From: Octopus vulgaris
Lineage: Eukaryota
Direction: 5' to 3'
DNA: 64,000 nt
NCBI GenBank assembly: GCA_951406725.2
Contig: OX597832.1
Span: 49,910,001-49,974,000, forward strand
The notes beneath the pieces were generated by a model. The model did not search any database, was not told the origin of the DNA, and saw only the letters and a program-made list of their open reading frames with translations. Of the stretch, positions 14,328 through 26,831 are shown one piece after another; the stretch's first letter is position 1; every line of letters starts with the position of its first letter. The position numbers and the translations under genes were made by a program.

Positions 14328-14670
14328 CAGGGGTTCTCAACCATTTTTTTCTCATCTATGGACCCCTTTGATAACTATTTTATTCAGGTAAACCCCTATA
14401 GCCATTCAATGTTTAAAACTAGTTTTATAGAAACTTCTTTCAAAATTCCCATTTTGATTTTCAAACAATAACTTGTGTAGGTTGAACTATGTTAAAATGT
14501 TAGAGAAAGAAACCTAGGGGTTTCTTGCGATACATACATCTAAAGCAAAATTTTCTTAAGAGCTCTTAAAATACTATTGTAGATCACCTATTTACTATTT
14601 TGTTGTGTGGACCCCCAAAAGTCTTATATGGACCCTCAGGGATCATACAGACCCCAGTTGAGAACCACTG
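14328..14670. mobile_element. hAT-type MITE (related copy at 17571-17861)
   Basis: TIRs CAGGGGTTCTCAAC / GTTGAGAACCACTG. The related copy has TSD aactagac/aactagat. Confidence 0.75.
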
Positions 14671-15351
14671 GTACAGGGGCCCCTTTGCATGTGCATGATG
14701 GCAAGGGTGTGATAGGAGTAAATTATGGAAATTTTAGAAGGCATTTAGTAGGTTAGACCTAAGTAGGATTTGAACTCAGAATATTAAGATCTAGAATGAA
14801 TACTGCAAAACATCTTTTTTCCAAAAAATAATAATAATTTCAAATTTTGACACAAAGCTAGCAATTTTAGGGGGAGTGGCTAAGTTAATTACATTGAGCC
14901 CAATGCCTAACTGGTACTTATTTTACTGATCCTAAACAGATGAAAGGTAAAGTTGACCACAGCAGAATTTGAACTCAGAAAGTAATGCTGCTAAGCATAT
15001 TGTCCGACATGTTAAGTATTTTGCTAGTTCACTGCTTTTTTCCAAATATTCCTTTCTACTATAGGCACAAGACCTATAGTATTTATTTCATTGATCCTGA
15101 AAGTACAAAGGGTAAACTGTCTCGTTGTGAGTTCATAAGAGTTTGATGTCAGGCAAAGCAGACATGGAGCATATTTCTGGCCCTCGATTCTTTAGCATGG
15201 AACCAGGAATGGCTTTAACACACTGCAGAATCGCCTGCCAAAAGATGTGCATGGACCGCTTTGACCTGTGATGCAGTGAACTCGATAGGAGCTGGCTTAA
15301 CCACTCCCGGGTGAATGCCATTACACATACATACACATGAAGAGTAAATTG

Positions 15352-15905
15352 CATCCGCTTTCCATGCTAGCATGGGTTGGACGGTTCAACTGGGCTCTGG
15401 GAAGCCAGAAAGCTGCACCAGGCCCTGTCTGATTTGGCAATGTTTCTACGGCTGGATGCCCTTCGTAACGCCAACCACTCCGAGAGTGTAGTGGGTGCTT
15501 TTTACGTGCCACCGGCACAGGTGCTAGACGAGGCTGGCAAACGGCCACGATCGGATGGTGCTTTTCATGTGCCACTGACACAGGTGCCAGACGAGGCTGG
15601 CAAACGGCCACGATCGGATGGTGCTTTTTATGTGCCACTGACACAGGTGCCAGACGAGGCTGGCAAACGGCCACGATCGGATGGTGCTTTTTATGTGCCA
15701 CTGACACAGGTGCCAGACGAGGCTGGTAAACGGCCACGATCGGATGGTGCTTTTCACGTGCCACTGACACAGGTGCCAGACGAGGCTGGTAAACAGCCAC
15801 GATCGGCTGGTGCTTTTTACGTGCCACCGGCACGGGGGCCAGGCGAGGCTGGCAACGGCCACAATCGGATGGTGCTTTTTACGTGCCACCGGCACGGAGG
15901 CCAGT
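15352..15905 (-). mobile_element. 5'-truncated copy of the same RTE 3' UTR with a 60-bp minisatellite
   Basis: About 6 units with an exact 60-bp period. Other copies lie at about 7503-7978, 8480-8775, 10966-11184, 12590-12960, 13272-13495, 21415-21657, 32765-33040, 48145-48610, 55765-56335 and 59475-59960. Confidence 0.75.
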
Positions 15906-16056
15906 CGAGACAAACAAAATGCCACTAAGCATTTTGGCCAACATGCTAACTATTCCGCTGGCTCACTGCTTTTTCCCCAAATATAAATAGTAAAGTTTTG
16001 CAGTGAAAACAATTTAGACAACAATCTTAAGTTAATGAAGCTGAAATATATCTTAC

Positions 16057-16173
16057 CTTGGTGGTAAAAATATGGATCTCCACTCGTCCAGAATTTAAGC
16101 TTGTCATGTAAAATTACTTGGCCTATAATGGTTTGGTTTCGATTATTACTTGACGATATGCGACCACTGTCAC
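16057..16173 (-). CDS. ADP-ribosylglycohydrolase-family gene, exon 3 (GDSGRISS...IIGQVILHDKLKFWTSGDPYFYHQ)
   Basis: Acceptor cccttag and donor G|GTAAGA. 117 nt, phases 1/1. ILHD...YHQ is typical of this ARH subfamily. Confidence 0.88.
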
Positions 16174-16301
16174 CTAAGGGAAGGGTGAAAAATAGAAGAA
16201 TCATAAAGAAACAGAAATACGATAGTAAACATGGGTTCAACATCCAGCATATGAAAATTACAAAATTAGTGAAATTGATAAAAAAGAGAGTTAAATTATT
16301 C

Positions 16302-16588
16302 AGAAATATCAAATTTCTAAATATCTCATAGAGATATGTACGGTGGTGGAGCGATAGAGTGGTTGTATACTGTCAACTTAACGTGACAGTCCTGTAAGGG
16401 AATTACACCACCACTGTTTAGCCCTAGGAAGCATCGACGCTTCCTGTCGGCCTTGACACATTTCCTGTGTCCTTATATATTTACGAAGGGGAGACAAATA
16501 CCCCCAACAGCTAGGCCTGCATCTAGGGACATGCATGTTTCTGGGTCTTGCCCATCATCAGTCTAGAGTAGCAGAGACCTGCTAGCTG
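16302..16588 (-). mobile_element. Non-autonomous hammerhead-bearing Penelope-like/retrozyme-like element, family P1
   Basis: About 290 nt, homologous to 36664-37032. Contains the hammerhead. Lies in the intron upstream of ARH exon 3. Confidence 0.7.
16508..16588 (-). ncRNA. Type I hammerhead ribozyme (near-intact core)
   Basis: The minus strand reads cagctag-caggtct-ctgc-tac-tctaga CTGATGA tggg-caaga-ccca GAAA catg-catg TC cctaga-t-gcag-gc-ctagctg. It has the full catalytic core, stem II, a palindromic stem III and an extended stem I, with one A/C mismatch at the first stem I pair. Confidence 0.85.
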
Positions 16589-18291
16589 AATCTATCGTGG
16601 TTCAAAGCACTTTTCTTGAAAGGTATGACTCTTTTTGCTTTCCATGTACAAATCTTCTTTCGAATATTTTTAACTATGTACCTACCTTCATCATCAAAAT
16701 TTTCTGCTGACATCATAATTACAATCATTATTCTTGTCATTATCATCTCCACAGCTATTGACCTCATCATTAATATTAGCTTCAAGATGACTACATCTTC
16801 CAAATTGCTATCATGAATACCGTCTGGTAAATTCAGAGCTAGTGACTCTTTTTGTTAATCCAAGAATTCCAAGCTTTTGAAGACCTTCTACACAAAGATT
16901 TCATGAATTACTTGAAAGTATTATCCTTGAATTACTTTGGTTAAAAGACACCTTCAGTCATGAATGACTATAGGATAGCACCTAGAAAGTTCCCCTCCAA
17001 GACACATATCTGGGCAAGGTTGTTTATGGAAGACCAGCAGTCACCCATGCATACCAGCCTCTCCTCACCATGCCACCACTGTTATCTATTTCTTTACTAC
17101 CCACAAGGGGCTAAACACAGAGGAGACAAACAAGGACAGACAGACGGATTAAGTTGATTATATCGACCCCAGTGTGTAACTGGTACTTAATTTATCAACC
17201 CCGAAAGGATGAAAGGCAAAGTCGACCTCGGCGGAATTTGAACTCAGAACGTAACGGCAGACGAAATACGGCTACGCATTTCGCCTGGCGTGCTAATGTT
17301 TCTGCCAGCTCGCCACTGTTATCTATTGGAAAAGCAAAGGCCAATACAGCTTGGTATCAGTGATGTCGCAACTCATTTCTACAGCCGAGTGAACTGAGGC
17401 AACACAAAATAAAGTGTCTTGCTCAAGAACACAACATACAGCCCAGTCTGGGAATTGAACTCACTACCTCATTATTGTGAGCCCAATGCTCTAACCACTG
17501 AGCCATGCACCTTCACAATTCCTTGGCAACATATTGGTAATTCTAGCACTTATAGAATGTTAAACTAGACCAGGGAGTTCTTAAACATTTTTTTACCAAC
17601 AGACCCCTTTGATTAATATTTTATTCAGATGCCCCTCCCCCACTAGCCATTTGATGTTTAAAAACTAGTTTTATGGAAACCACTTTCAAAATTCCTATTT
17701 TGTATTTCACACATTAACTTGAGTAGGTTGAACTATGCACAATGCCAGAGAAAGAAACCTAGCTGTTTCTTGCAATACATACCAATACATACAAGTAAAG
17801 CAGAATTTTTCAGGGGCCCCAATTTAATATTTGTTGTGTGGCCCCCAGTTGAGAACTACTGAACTAGATAGATTAAAGGGGCAATTTTATATCTATGTCT
17901 GTCCTTTACAGGTAGAAGGCGAAGATAATGTACGACAGGCTACCATATCATCAGTTGTGAGTTCGTATCCTGCAGAGGTGTTGCACTGTGTCTATGGGAC
18001 TGAAATATAATTCTACAAATCACAGCTTATCTTGCTATCAGAAGGAAATTGAAAGAAGCCTTGTGAATGGATTTAGTATACAAAAGGAAGTTCGGTATAC
18101 TAAATCCATTCACAAAGAAGTTTGTCGTGCACGCTTGTTTTTATCTCTGCGCATGAATGTCTATGTATGTTTGTTGTTTCTTTTTCTTGACAATGTATGA
18201 TAGTTGTAAATGAATGCCAGTCATACATGCAATGTATTCATTTCCAATATTCTGCAAAAACATGTCTGGCTATAGGGAAATATTAACTTAC

Positions 18292-18700
18292 GGATCTTTT
18301 CGGTTTGAACGGCAGTTTTTTAAAATAATTTCCACGTAACTAAACACTTTTAAACTTCGTATACTGGTAGAATGTGTTTATAAAACATCTTTTTCTCTTG
18401 GCTTTATTGAGAAAATTCTATGATTTGTAAGATATTTGTTGTTGTTTATTTCTTCAATTTCTGCAATTTCAACTAATCAATGACGTCTATTGAGGTAAAA
18501 AAAAAACATTCAGTGCCATATGAATATGTCCCTCGTTTAAGAAACAGATTGGGTTTATTTACATTTGTGAAGAAAAAAAAGATACCTTTCCCCCACCCAT
18601 AACCCTAACCCTAAAACAGATTGAAATGCAATAGATCGATACTAGGGTCATAATTATGGGTGACAATTTCATATGACACTGCTAGGAAAAACGGCCGTTC
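18292..18700. mobile_element. Same Merlin-like MITE family, right TIR truncated
   Basis: High similarity to 31323-31746. Confidence 0.8.
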
Positions 18701-19537
18701 ACTTAGAAACAAGTGGGGGTTGGCGAAAAAGAGAGCATCAGGTCGTAAAAATATGCCTCAAAGATTCCGCCCAATCCATACATGCATGGAAAAGTGGATG
18801 TTGGTTGAATTTTATTATTATTATACGTTCATGTTAAAAGAGTAAAGGGAAGCAAATCTTGATATTACAGAGTAATAAATTACAAAGTTATCTCCCATAG
18901 AAATGCTTATATAAGTTTGCAGACGGAAATTCAAGTATTAACAAAATTAGATTTAAGCCATTCACGTCGCTATTAAATGACCTTGAAATAAGCATAAATG
19001 CTGCAACTTCGGGGTCTCTATTAAAGCATCAAAGACCTTGCATCTAATTAAACAGCTGTTGAGTAGCACAGCAGAGTGGAAAGCAAACCTTAGATGAAGA
19101 CGGTAATGAAGAGCCTGGAGAGGGTGTTCATGACGATGTAAATGATAACGGGGAAGTTAATGTTGATTATAATAACGACGATACTGTGTTGGTTACAAAT
19201 GATACAAAAATTAATAAGGAATAAAAATAATTAGAAAATCTTTAAAAAGCGTTGTTGTGCCTCAGTGAACCAGTTTTTTTTTTTTCACTACGTATCTATT
19301 TTAAATTATCGTTCTCTCTCTCTGCTGGAGCCTCGTGGGGCTTTAGGTGTTTTTGGTCAATAAACACACACAACGCCCGGGCTGGGAATCGAAACCGCGA
19401 TCCTCCGACCGCCAGTCCGTTGCCCTAACCACCGGGCCATTGCACCTCCACATTTCTACAAATAACCGAAAATATTTTTTAAAAAAATGGAAAAGACATG
19501 GAGGAGAAATATAGAAGGACGAGGAGGAAAATATACA

Positions 19538-19939
19538 TCTTCTTTATATATAAAAGTCAAGTTGTGTGTCTGTCTCCTACGATTTAGATTCCTAACTACT
19601 CCCACATTTTGCGGTGCAGTTTAACCAAAACCGGGTATTTTATAGTCGTGATTCATATCGAGCCCTTCTGGGTATTAGCGTGCGTCTACGATGAGTCTAC
19701 GATTTAAAAAAAAAATTTACCATTTTTTTTTCCATTTTAATGCATTTTCCCGCTATTATATAAGGGAAGTAACTCTCTAAAAATATCTACGATGAGTCAA
19801 CGATTTAAAAAAAAATTTACCATAATTTTTTTCCCATTTTTAATGCATTTTTTTCGCTATTTTTTGGCTACAACTCTCTAAAAATGCTTATATAGTTATT
19901 TCCCTTACAAACCCGAGCAACGCCGGGCGATACTGCTAG
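19538..19939 (+). mobile_element. Non-autonomous Helitron
   Basis: 5' TC(TT)TATATATAAAAG, subterminal hairpin cccgagcaacgccggg, 3' CTAG. Inserted between A and T with no TSD. Ends 40 bp from the ARH exon 2 donor. Confidence 0.85.
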
Positions 19940-19979
19940 TTGAGGATAAAAAAGAATAAAATCTGAACTGAATACTTAC

Positions 19980-20305
19980 CAACCGCAGACAGTGGAAGAA
20001 TGGATCCACTGTAAAATGTCTTTGGAGCTATGTAGTCTGATATCCATCTGTCATAGTTCTTCAGGATATCATTGGTGTTGTAGTACCAGTGGACTGGCAT
20101 GGACAAAGCATCTCCAATAAACATCCCCCATAATGCTTCACACTTGGCCTTCTTCACACTCTCTGAAATCGGTCTTGGTGTTTTGGTGATGGGTGTTTTA
20201 GTGGTCGGTGTTGTCGAGCTGTCTTCGCTGAGTTCATTGGAGTTCATATCTTTGTGTTGGCAACAAGCGCTGGTTTGAAAGCAGCGCATGAAATTCTGGT
20301 TGGTT
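19980..20305 (-). CDS. ADP-ribosylglycohydrolase-family gene, exon 2 (TNQNFMRCFQTS...EALWGMFIGDALSMPVHWYY...PLSAV)
   Basis: Acceptor ttttgccag and donor G|GTAAGT. Carries the ARH N-terminal motif GxxxGDAL. 326 nt, phases 2/1. Confidence 0.9.
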
Positions 20306-21074
20306 CTGGCAAAATTTCAGTAAAGAAAGGGAAAATCGGTTAAATGTATAGGAAGCAGAGAGTGGGGAAGAGAGTGAGATAGATAGAGAGAGAGATAAGA
20401 GTGGAGAGAGTATAGAATAGAGAGAGTAATTCAAAGTGAAAGTAAAATGAAAGGGAGGGAGTGAAAGGGGTATAAAATATTTTATGATATACAAGATACA
20501 CTTTTTTTCTAAAATAAATGTCTTAAAAATCACCCCCGCCCCAGGCCTTATATGTGAAGTTGGGTCTGTATTACATGTTTTAATGCTTTCTTGCTTCATA
20601 GGGCTGTGGGTTATCCCAAGTTACTGGTCCCAGAGACATCACCATGCATATATATTTCCTTACTGCCCACAAGGGGCTAAACAGAGAGGGGACAAACAAG
20701 GACAGACAAAGGGATTAAGTCGATTACATCGACCCAGTGCGAAACTGGTACTTTATTCATCCGATCAGATGAAAGGCAAAGTCTACCTCGGCGGAATTTG
20801 AACTCAGAACGTAACGACAGACGAAATAACGCTAAACATTTCGCCCAGTGCGCTAACGTTTCTGCCAGCTTGCCGCCTTGTTCATTTCCAGTCTTCATGC
20901 ATATAGCCAACCAGGTCCACCAGTGCTTTCCATCACTGATGGTCCTGTGCCAGCCCCTCTGTATCCTCCAAGGCAACGTTGAGCCTCTGGAGATCTTCCC
21001 CTATCATGTCTAGCTATGTGGGGGTCTGCCATGAGGCCTCGTCCAGCCAGCAGTTGCTGCACCAAATGAGAGTA

Positions 21075-21291
21075 TGAGGGAGCGCTGAAAAGTTCTTGGC
21101 TTTAAGGGTATTGTGAAAGGCCTGTTTGGAGGACCAATCTTTAAAGATCTTTTACAGGGCTTAGAAAAACTGAAAGACTGCTACAAGAAGTGTATGAATC
21201 TGAGAGGGGAATATGTTGGATAAAATCAGAATTAATTGATCCTCCTGAATTTTCTTTTACCCAAAGCCAGGAACTTCTCAGCAGCCCCTTG
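21075..21291. mobile_element. Mariner-type MITE
   Basis: Imperfect TIRs tgagggagcgctgaaaagttcttggctt / aagccaggaacttctcagcagccccttg, flanked by TA. Confidence 0.65.
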
Positions 21292-22199
21292 TAAAGGCCT
21301 GGTAGGATGATCTAGCCAGAGACAGAGGACATGTCCTTACCAGTACATGCAATAGATAGCTATGAGGGTGGGAGGCTGTGGACTGATGCACTAAAATATT
21401 TTCCCCTAAATATGGTGCTTTTTATGGTGGCACGTAAAAAGCACCATCCGACCGTGGCCGTTTGCCAGCCCCGTCTGGCACATAAAAAGCACCCACTACA
21501 CTCATGGAGTGGTTGGCGTTAGGAAGGGCATCCAGCCATAGAAACATTGCCAGATCAGACTGGGCCTGGTGCAGCCTTCTGGCTTCCTAGACCCCGGTCG
21601 AACTGTCCAACCCATGCTAGCATGGAAAGCAGACGCTAAACGATGATGATGATGATGCATGGCTGAAATTGGATTGTGTCTAATATGCCCGTGTGTCTTT
21701 TATGCTATCAAATACAATAATGAAAGAAAGAGAGAGAGAGAGTCATATCAATTACCATCACCATTTTTATCGTTTTCCTTTCTCTGCTGCCATAGGTTGG
21801 GCAAGACTTACTGAGACATGTTTTTACGGCTGGATACCTATTTCTTTATTGCCCACAAGGGGATTAAACATAGAGGGGACAAACAAGGACAGACATAGGT
21901 ATTAAGTCGATTACATCGACCCCAGTGTGTAACTGGTACTTAATTTATTGACCCCCGAAAGGATGAAAGGTAAAGTTGACCTCGGCGGAATTTGAACTCA
22001 GAACGTAATGGCAGCCGAAATTCCGCTAAGCATTTCGTCCAATGTGCTAACGATTCTGCCAGCTCGCCGGCTGGATACCTGTCCTGTCACCAACCCTTAT
22101 GTATCATTTCTTTTATAATTTTAAGTGAGGTATTTATATTTCACTGGCCTTCACAAGTCAAAACCACTAAGCTACTGGACATATTGGAATAGCAGTAAC

Positions 22200-22500
22200 A
22201 TCACTCCAACAAGGACATGTTGCTGTTCTCCAGGAGTGCGAAAATAATTGCCAACAAATGGTTGAACTAAGTGTTCTGGAAAGACAAACTCAATATTTTT
22301 CAATGGCTAAGAAAACCAAATATCAGGAATTGGTTAGCAGGGCTCTTGTCAAGGGATGGCATGTGGCCTCATTCCCTACTGATATTGGTGGCTGCAGCTC
22401 TCCAGTAAGATTGGTGCACTATTTCCTGCAGAAGATTGGTCTGGGACCCAGACAACTGAAGAAAAACATAAAGGAGATAGGCATGGCAACTGAAACTTGT
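22200..22500 (+). mobile_element. Restriction-like-endonuclease LINE fragment (HERO/NeSL-like); an RTE-like fragment follows at about 22510-22780 on the minus strand
   Basis: VELSV...KKTKYQELV...GW...FPTDIG resembles the RLE domain pattern (ELTV...K..KY..L). Confidence 0.55.
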
Positions 22501-22929
22501 ACTTGTGATGGCGTTCACCCAGGGTGGGTTGAGCCAGCTTCTTCTCTGGTCCTAACGGCGTCACGAACCATGGCGGCCCGCACTCGACGGTCCTGTGCAA
22601 GGTCACTGGAGACAGCGAGCCATTCGCGGTTCCATCTGCACAGACCGACCACCTGCGGACCTGAGAGTTCGGAGAGGTCCTCCTTTATCTTCGTTGCCCA
22701 GGTCTTCAGCTGTCCGCCCATGCGTTTGCGCCAGCTGGGAAGTGGAGGCGGGAGGAGGACATCGCGAATCAGCTCACCCTACTACTATTACCATGGCAAC
22801 GGAAACAAGTCCAAGGTGGCTGTGGCTGACAAAGAGATGGCAAATGCCTTTTGCAAGTAAAGACTAATTCAGTCCTCATTGCCCCACTCTGGTGAAGTGT
22901 TAAGGCACGTGGCTTACTGGTTAGGGTGT

Positions 22930-23157
22930 GGGAGCTGGCAGAATCGTTAGCATGCCGGGCGAAATGCTTAGCGTTATTTCGTCTGCCGTTACGTTGTGAG
23001 TTCAAATTCTGCCGAGGTCGACTTTGCCTTTCATCCTTTCGAGGTCGATAAATTAAGGACCAGTTACGCTCTGGGATCGATATAATCAACTTAATCCGTT
23101 TGTCTGTCCTTGTTTGTCCTCTCTGTGTTTAGCCCCTTGGGGTTAGTAAAGAAATAG
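22930..23157 (+). mobile_element. tRNA-derived SINE family B (about 240 bp), nested in another SINE
   Basis: B-box GAGTTCAAATTC and TSD ggttagggtg. Copies at about 9196-9610, 17086-17313, 20652-20878, 21838-22068 (TSD cggctggatacct), 36014-36225, 41215-41450, 52655-52887 and 63108-63775. Confidence 0.85.
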
Positions 23158-24698
23158 GTTAGGGTGCAGGATTCATGATCATAAGATTGTGGTTTCAATT
23201 CCTGGACCGGGCAATGCATTGTGTTCTTGAGCAAAACACTTCATTTCACGTTGCTTCAGTCCACTCAGCTGGCAAAAGGGAGTAATCCTGCGATGGACTA
23301 GCATCCCATCCAGGTGGGGAATATACATGCCATGAAACTGGGAAACCGGCCCTTATGAGTCAGTATGACTTGGAAAGGTAGCTTTACCTTTACTCACAGG
23401 CTAAGGGGAGAAATGCCTGTGACCCTGAGATACCTGCTGGTAGGGAAGTGTCTCTAACATTGCAATGGATTAAAAAGAAATGCTTGCAATTTTTTTTTCT
23501 GATTAACTCCTGCAGTTTCTATATGGGGCATAGCATCTCTGGTGTTTTGTTTCACCTCATGTTTATCCAAATGGTGTAATGCAATGAGACACAGAAATAA
23601 ACATTCACACACACACACACACACACACACTAGAGCTTTTGCTTTCTTTTTTTTCCACCACTCCTCTTTTACTTACACTATATCTTCCTCTTTCACTTTT
23701 TTCTACCCCACCATCGCACTTGCCTAACTGATAGGCAAGTGTTAACAATCTCTCTCTCTCTGTCACTCACTCTTACTCTGTAAATCTATTTATGTATCTA
23801 ATCCTGCTACCTTCCTTAATAATACTTTCTTTCTCCTGCATCTCTCTCAGTATAGCCACTGCTTCCTCCTGCGATTATGATAGAGAGGGTAGGTAGAGAG
23901 AGAGAGAGAGAAAGAAACAGAGGGATAAAGGGAGGAGAAATGGAAAGGAAGAGAGAGAGAGAGAGAAATACAAACAAACCTGATACATGACTTAACATTT
24001 TATATAGGAAAAGCATGAAACTTGAGATTTTAAGAGAAGACAAAATTTTAAGCTGCTGTGATATTCGTATATGTCCTAGAGGACATCTATTCTTTTATTT
24101 GTTTCAGTCATTTGACTGTGGCCATGCTGGAGCACCACCTTTAGTCAAACAAATCCACCCCAGGACTTATTCTTTGTAAGTCTAGTACTTATTCTATTGG
24201 TCTCTTTTGCCGAACCGTAAGTTACAGGGACATAAGCACACCAACATCGGTTGTTAAGCGATGTTGGGGGGACAAACACACACACATATATGACGGGCTT
24301 CTTTCAGTTTCTGTCTACTAAAATCCACTCACAAGGCTTGTGGTTCGTAAGCAAGCTACCTACCACACAGCCACTCCAAATTGAAGAACTTTTCTAGGCA
24401 CACAACAGTAGACAACAAAAATTGTAAATAATCTTCCTAACTTTTGTTTTGTGTCAACCTAAAGTCATTAATTCCCCTCATTTTAGTTTAAAGAAATGAA
24501 AAGAAGAGGCAAATTGATGCAATTTTACCAATATTTCATACATGCACCTTATGTATTGCCAGTGAGATAGATATATATATAATACTAGCCAACTATAGTC
24601 ACATGACGAGAGGTCAATACTCGATAGATAGATAGATAGATAGATAGATACAGTAGCATCCACCCTAGGGGTAGCCATATTGAGATGGCAAATATACG

Positions 24699-24745
<47 letters not shown>

Positions 24746-25370
24746 GAGAGAGAGAGAGATTGAGTGTGTGTGAGAGAGAGAGAGAGAGAGATTATGTATA
24801 TGTGTGAAATACAGAGTGTGTGAGAGATAGAAATTGTGTGAGAAAAAGAGACTCCATGTGAGAAAGAGAGAGAGACTGAGTGAGTGAGAGAGAGAGAGAG
24901 ACTGAGTGAGTGAGAGAGAGAGAGAGAGACTGAGTGAGTGAGTGAGAGAGAGAGAGAGACAAACAGAGATGTCAGTGTATTGCTCAAACTATCTCTAAGA
25001 ACAGCTAATTGCAGATGGAATCAATCAAGACACAAATTATTGCTCACCATTAATCAAGAATCATTGACAAAATGGATCTTAAGCTGACGAGAGAACCTCT
25101 ATGCCTGCAATTCACAATCTTTTATTATTGCGACCCATTTAAAAAAATATTTCAATGAAAAATAAAAAAAAATTTCCAAAATTTATTTACAATTAGGAGT
25201 GGCTGTGTGGTAAGTAGCTTGCATACCAACCACATGGTTCCTGGTTCAGTCCCACTGCATGGCACCTTGGGCAAGTGTCTTCTACTATAGCCTTGGGCCA
25301 ACTAAAGACTTGTAAGTGGATTTAGTAGATGGAAATTGAAAGAAGCCCGTTGTGTGTGTATATATATATT

Positions 25371-25403
<33 letters not shown>

Positions 25404-26788
25404 GTGTGTGTGTATATGTTTGTGTGTCTGTGTTTGTCCCCCCAACATCACTTGACAACCGAGGCTGGTGTGTTTATGTCCCCGTAACTTAGCAGTTCGG
25501 CAAAAGAGACCGATAGAATAAGTACTAGGCTTACAAAGAATATGTCCTGGGGTCGATTTGCTCGACTAAAGGCGGTGCTCCAGCATGGCCGCAGTCAAAT
25601 GACTGAAACAAGTAAAAGAGTAATAAAAAATTTGATGATTTTCTTGTTATTCTTAGTAGTAAACATCGTGTCGTATCATCTATCATTTTATGTCTAGTGT
25701 TTATCTAACATATTTCATGAACAATTCTAATCAACTCTTTCAAAAGTAAAAGCAGATTTTTCTTTGCAACACAAAAATTCAGTTGAGTAGACATACAAGA
25801 AATAGCAGCCAAACATCACTCAAATTACACAGTCACCAACTAAGAACAAAATGGTATAGTCACAGCTGGGATGTTTTTAACTGCAGGTATAAGGTATGGC
25901 TGATCAATTAGCGTTGCTTCCAAGCTAAGTGACAGTATCACCCTGTTCACCCACACGCACACATATTCAAATGACCAATTTGTTTACCTGCACTTTACTT
26001 TCCATTCAGGCATGTCCCACACACACAACTGACTTTCTCCTTTCAGAAATTAGAAAAATATGAAAACAAATAATCAGACGGACACACATACAGGTACATG
26101 CAGAGACATAAATATATACATAAATACATGAACATACGCAGGAGTGGCTGTGTGGTAAGTAGCTTGCTTACGAACCATATGGTTCCGGGTTCGGTCCCAC
26201 TGCGTGGCATCTTGGGCAAGTGTCTTCTACTATAGCCTCGGGCCGACCAAAGCCTTGTGAGTAGATTTGGTAGACGGAAACTGAAAGAAGCCCGTCGTAT
26301 ATATGTATATGTATATATATATATGTGTGTGTGCATGTTTGTGTGTCTGTGTTTGTCCCCCTAGCATTGCTTGACAACCGATGCTGGTGTGTTCACTTAG
26401 CGGTTCGGCAAAAGAGACCGATAGAATAAGTACTGGGCTTACAAAGAATAAGTCCCAGGGTCGATTTGCTCGACTAAAGGCGGTGCTCCAGCATGGCCGC
26501 AGTCGAAGGACTGAAACAGGTAAAAGAGTAAAAGAGTATACATGCATGCAAACATACACACATACATGCATACATACAATAATGAAAATACAGACTTTAT
26601 TACTAAAGTGACATGCATATCCTACTACAAAAGTGTCTGTTTATCTGCTTCCACACACATGCCTTTCCATACAGGCGCAGGAATGGTTGTGTGGTAAATA
26701 GCTTGCTTACCAACCACTGCGTGGGGCCGACCAAAGCCTTGTGAGTGGATTTGGTAGACGGAAACTGAAAGAAGCCCGTCGTGCACTG

Positions 26789-26831
<43 letters not shown>

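Noticed and set aside
15321-15928. Long overlapping ORFs with 20-aa repeats; superficially CRISPR-like periodicity
   Set aside because: These are a 60-bp minisatellite in a LINE 3' UTR. There are no unique spacers and no cas genes, and the DNA is eukaryotic.
17900-17965. Plus-strand acceptor/donor pair suggesting a small exon
   Set aside because: It runs into a decayed SINE B-box (gagttcgtatcc), and no partner exons were found.
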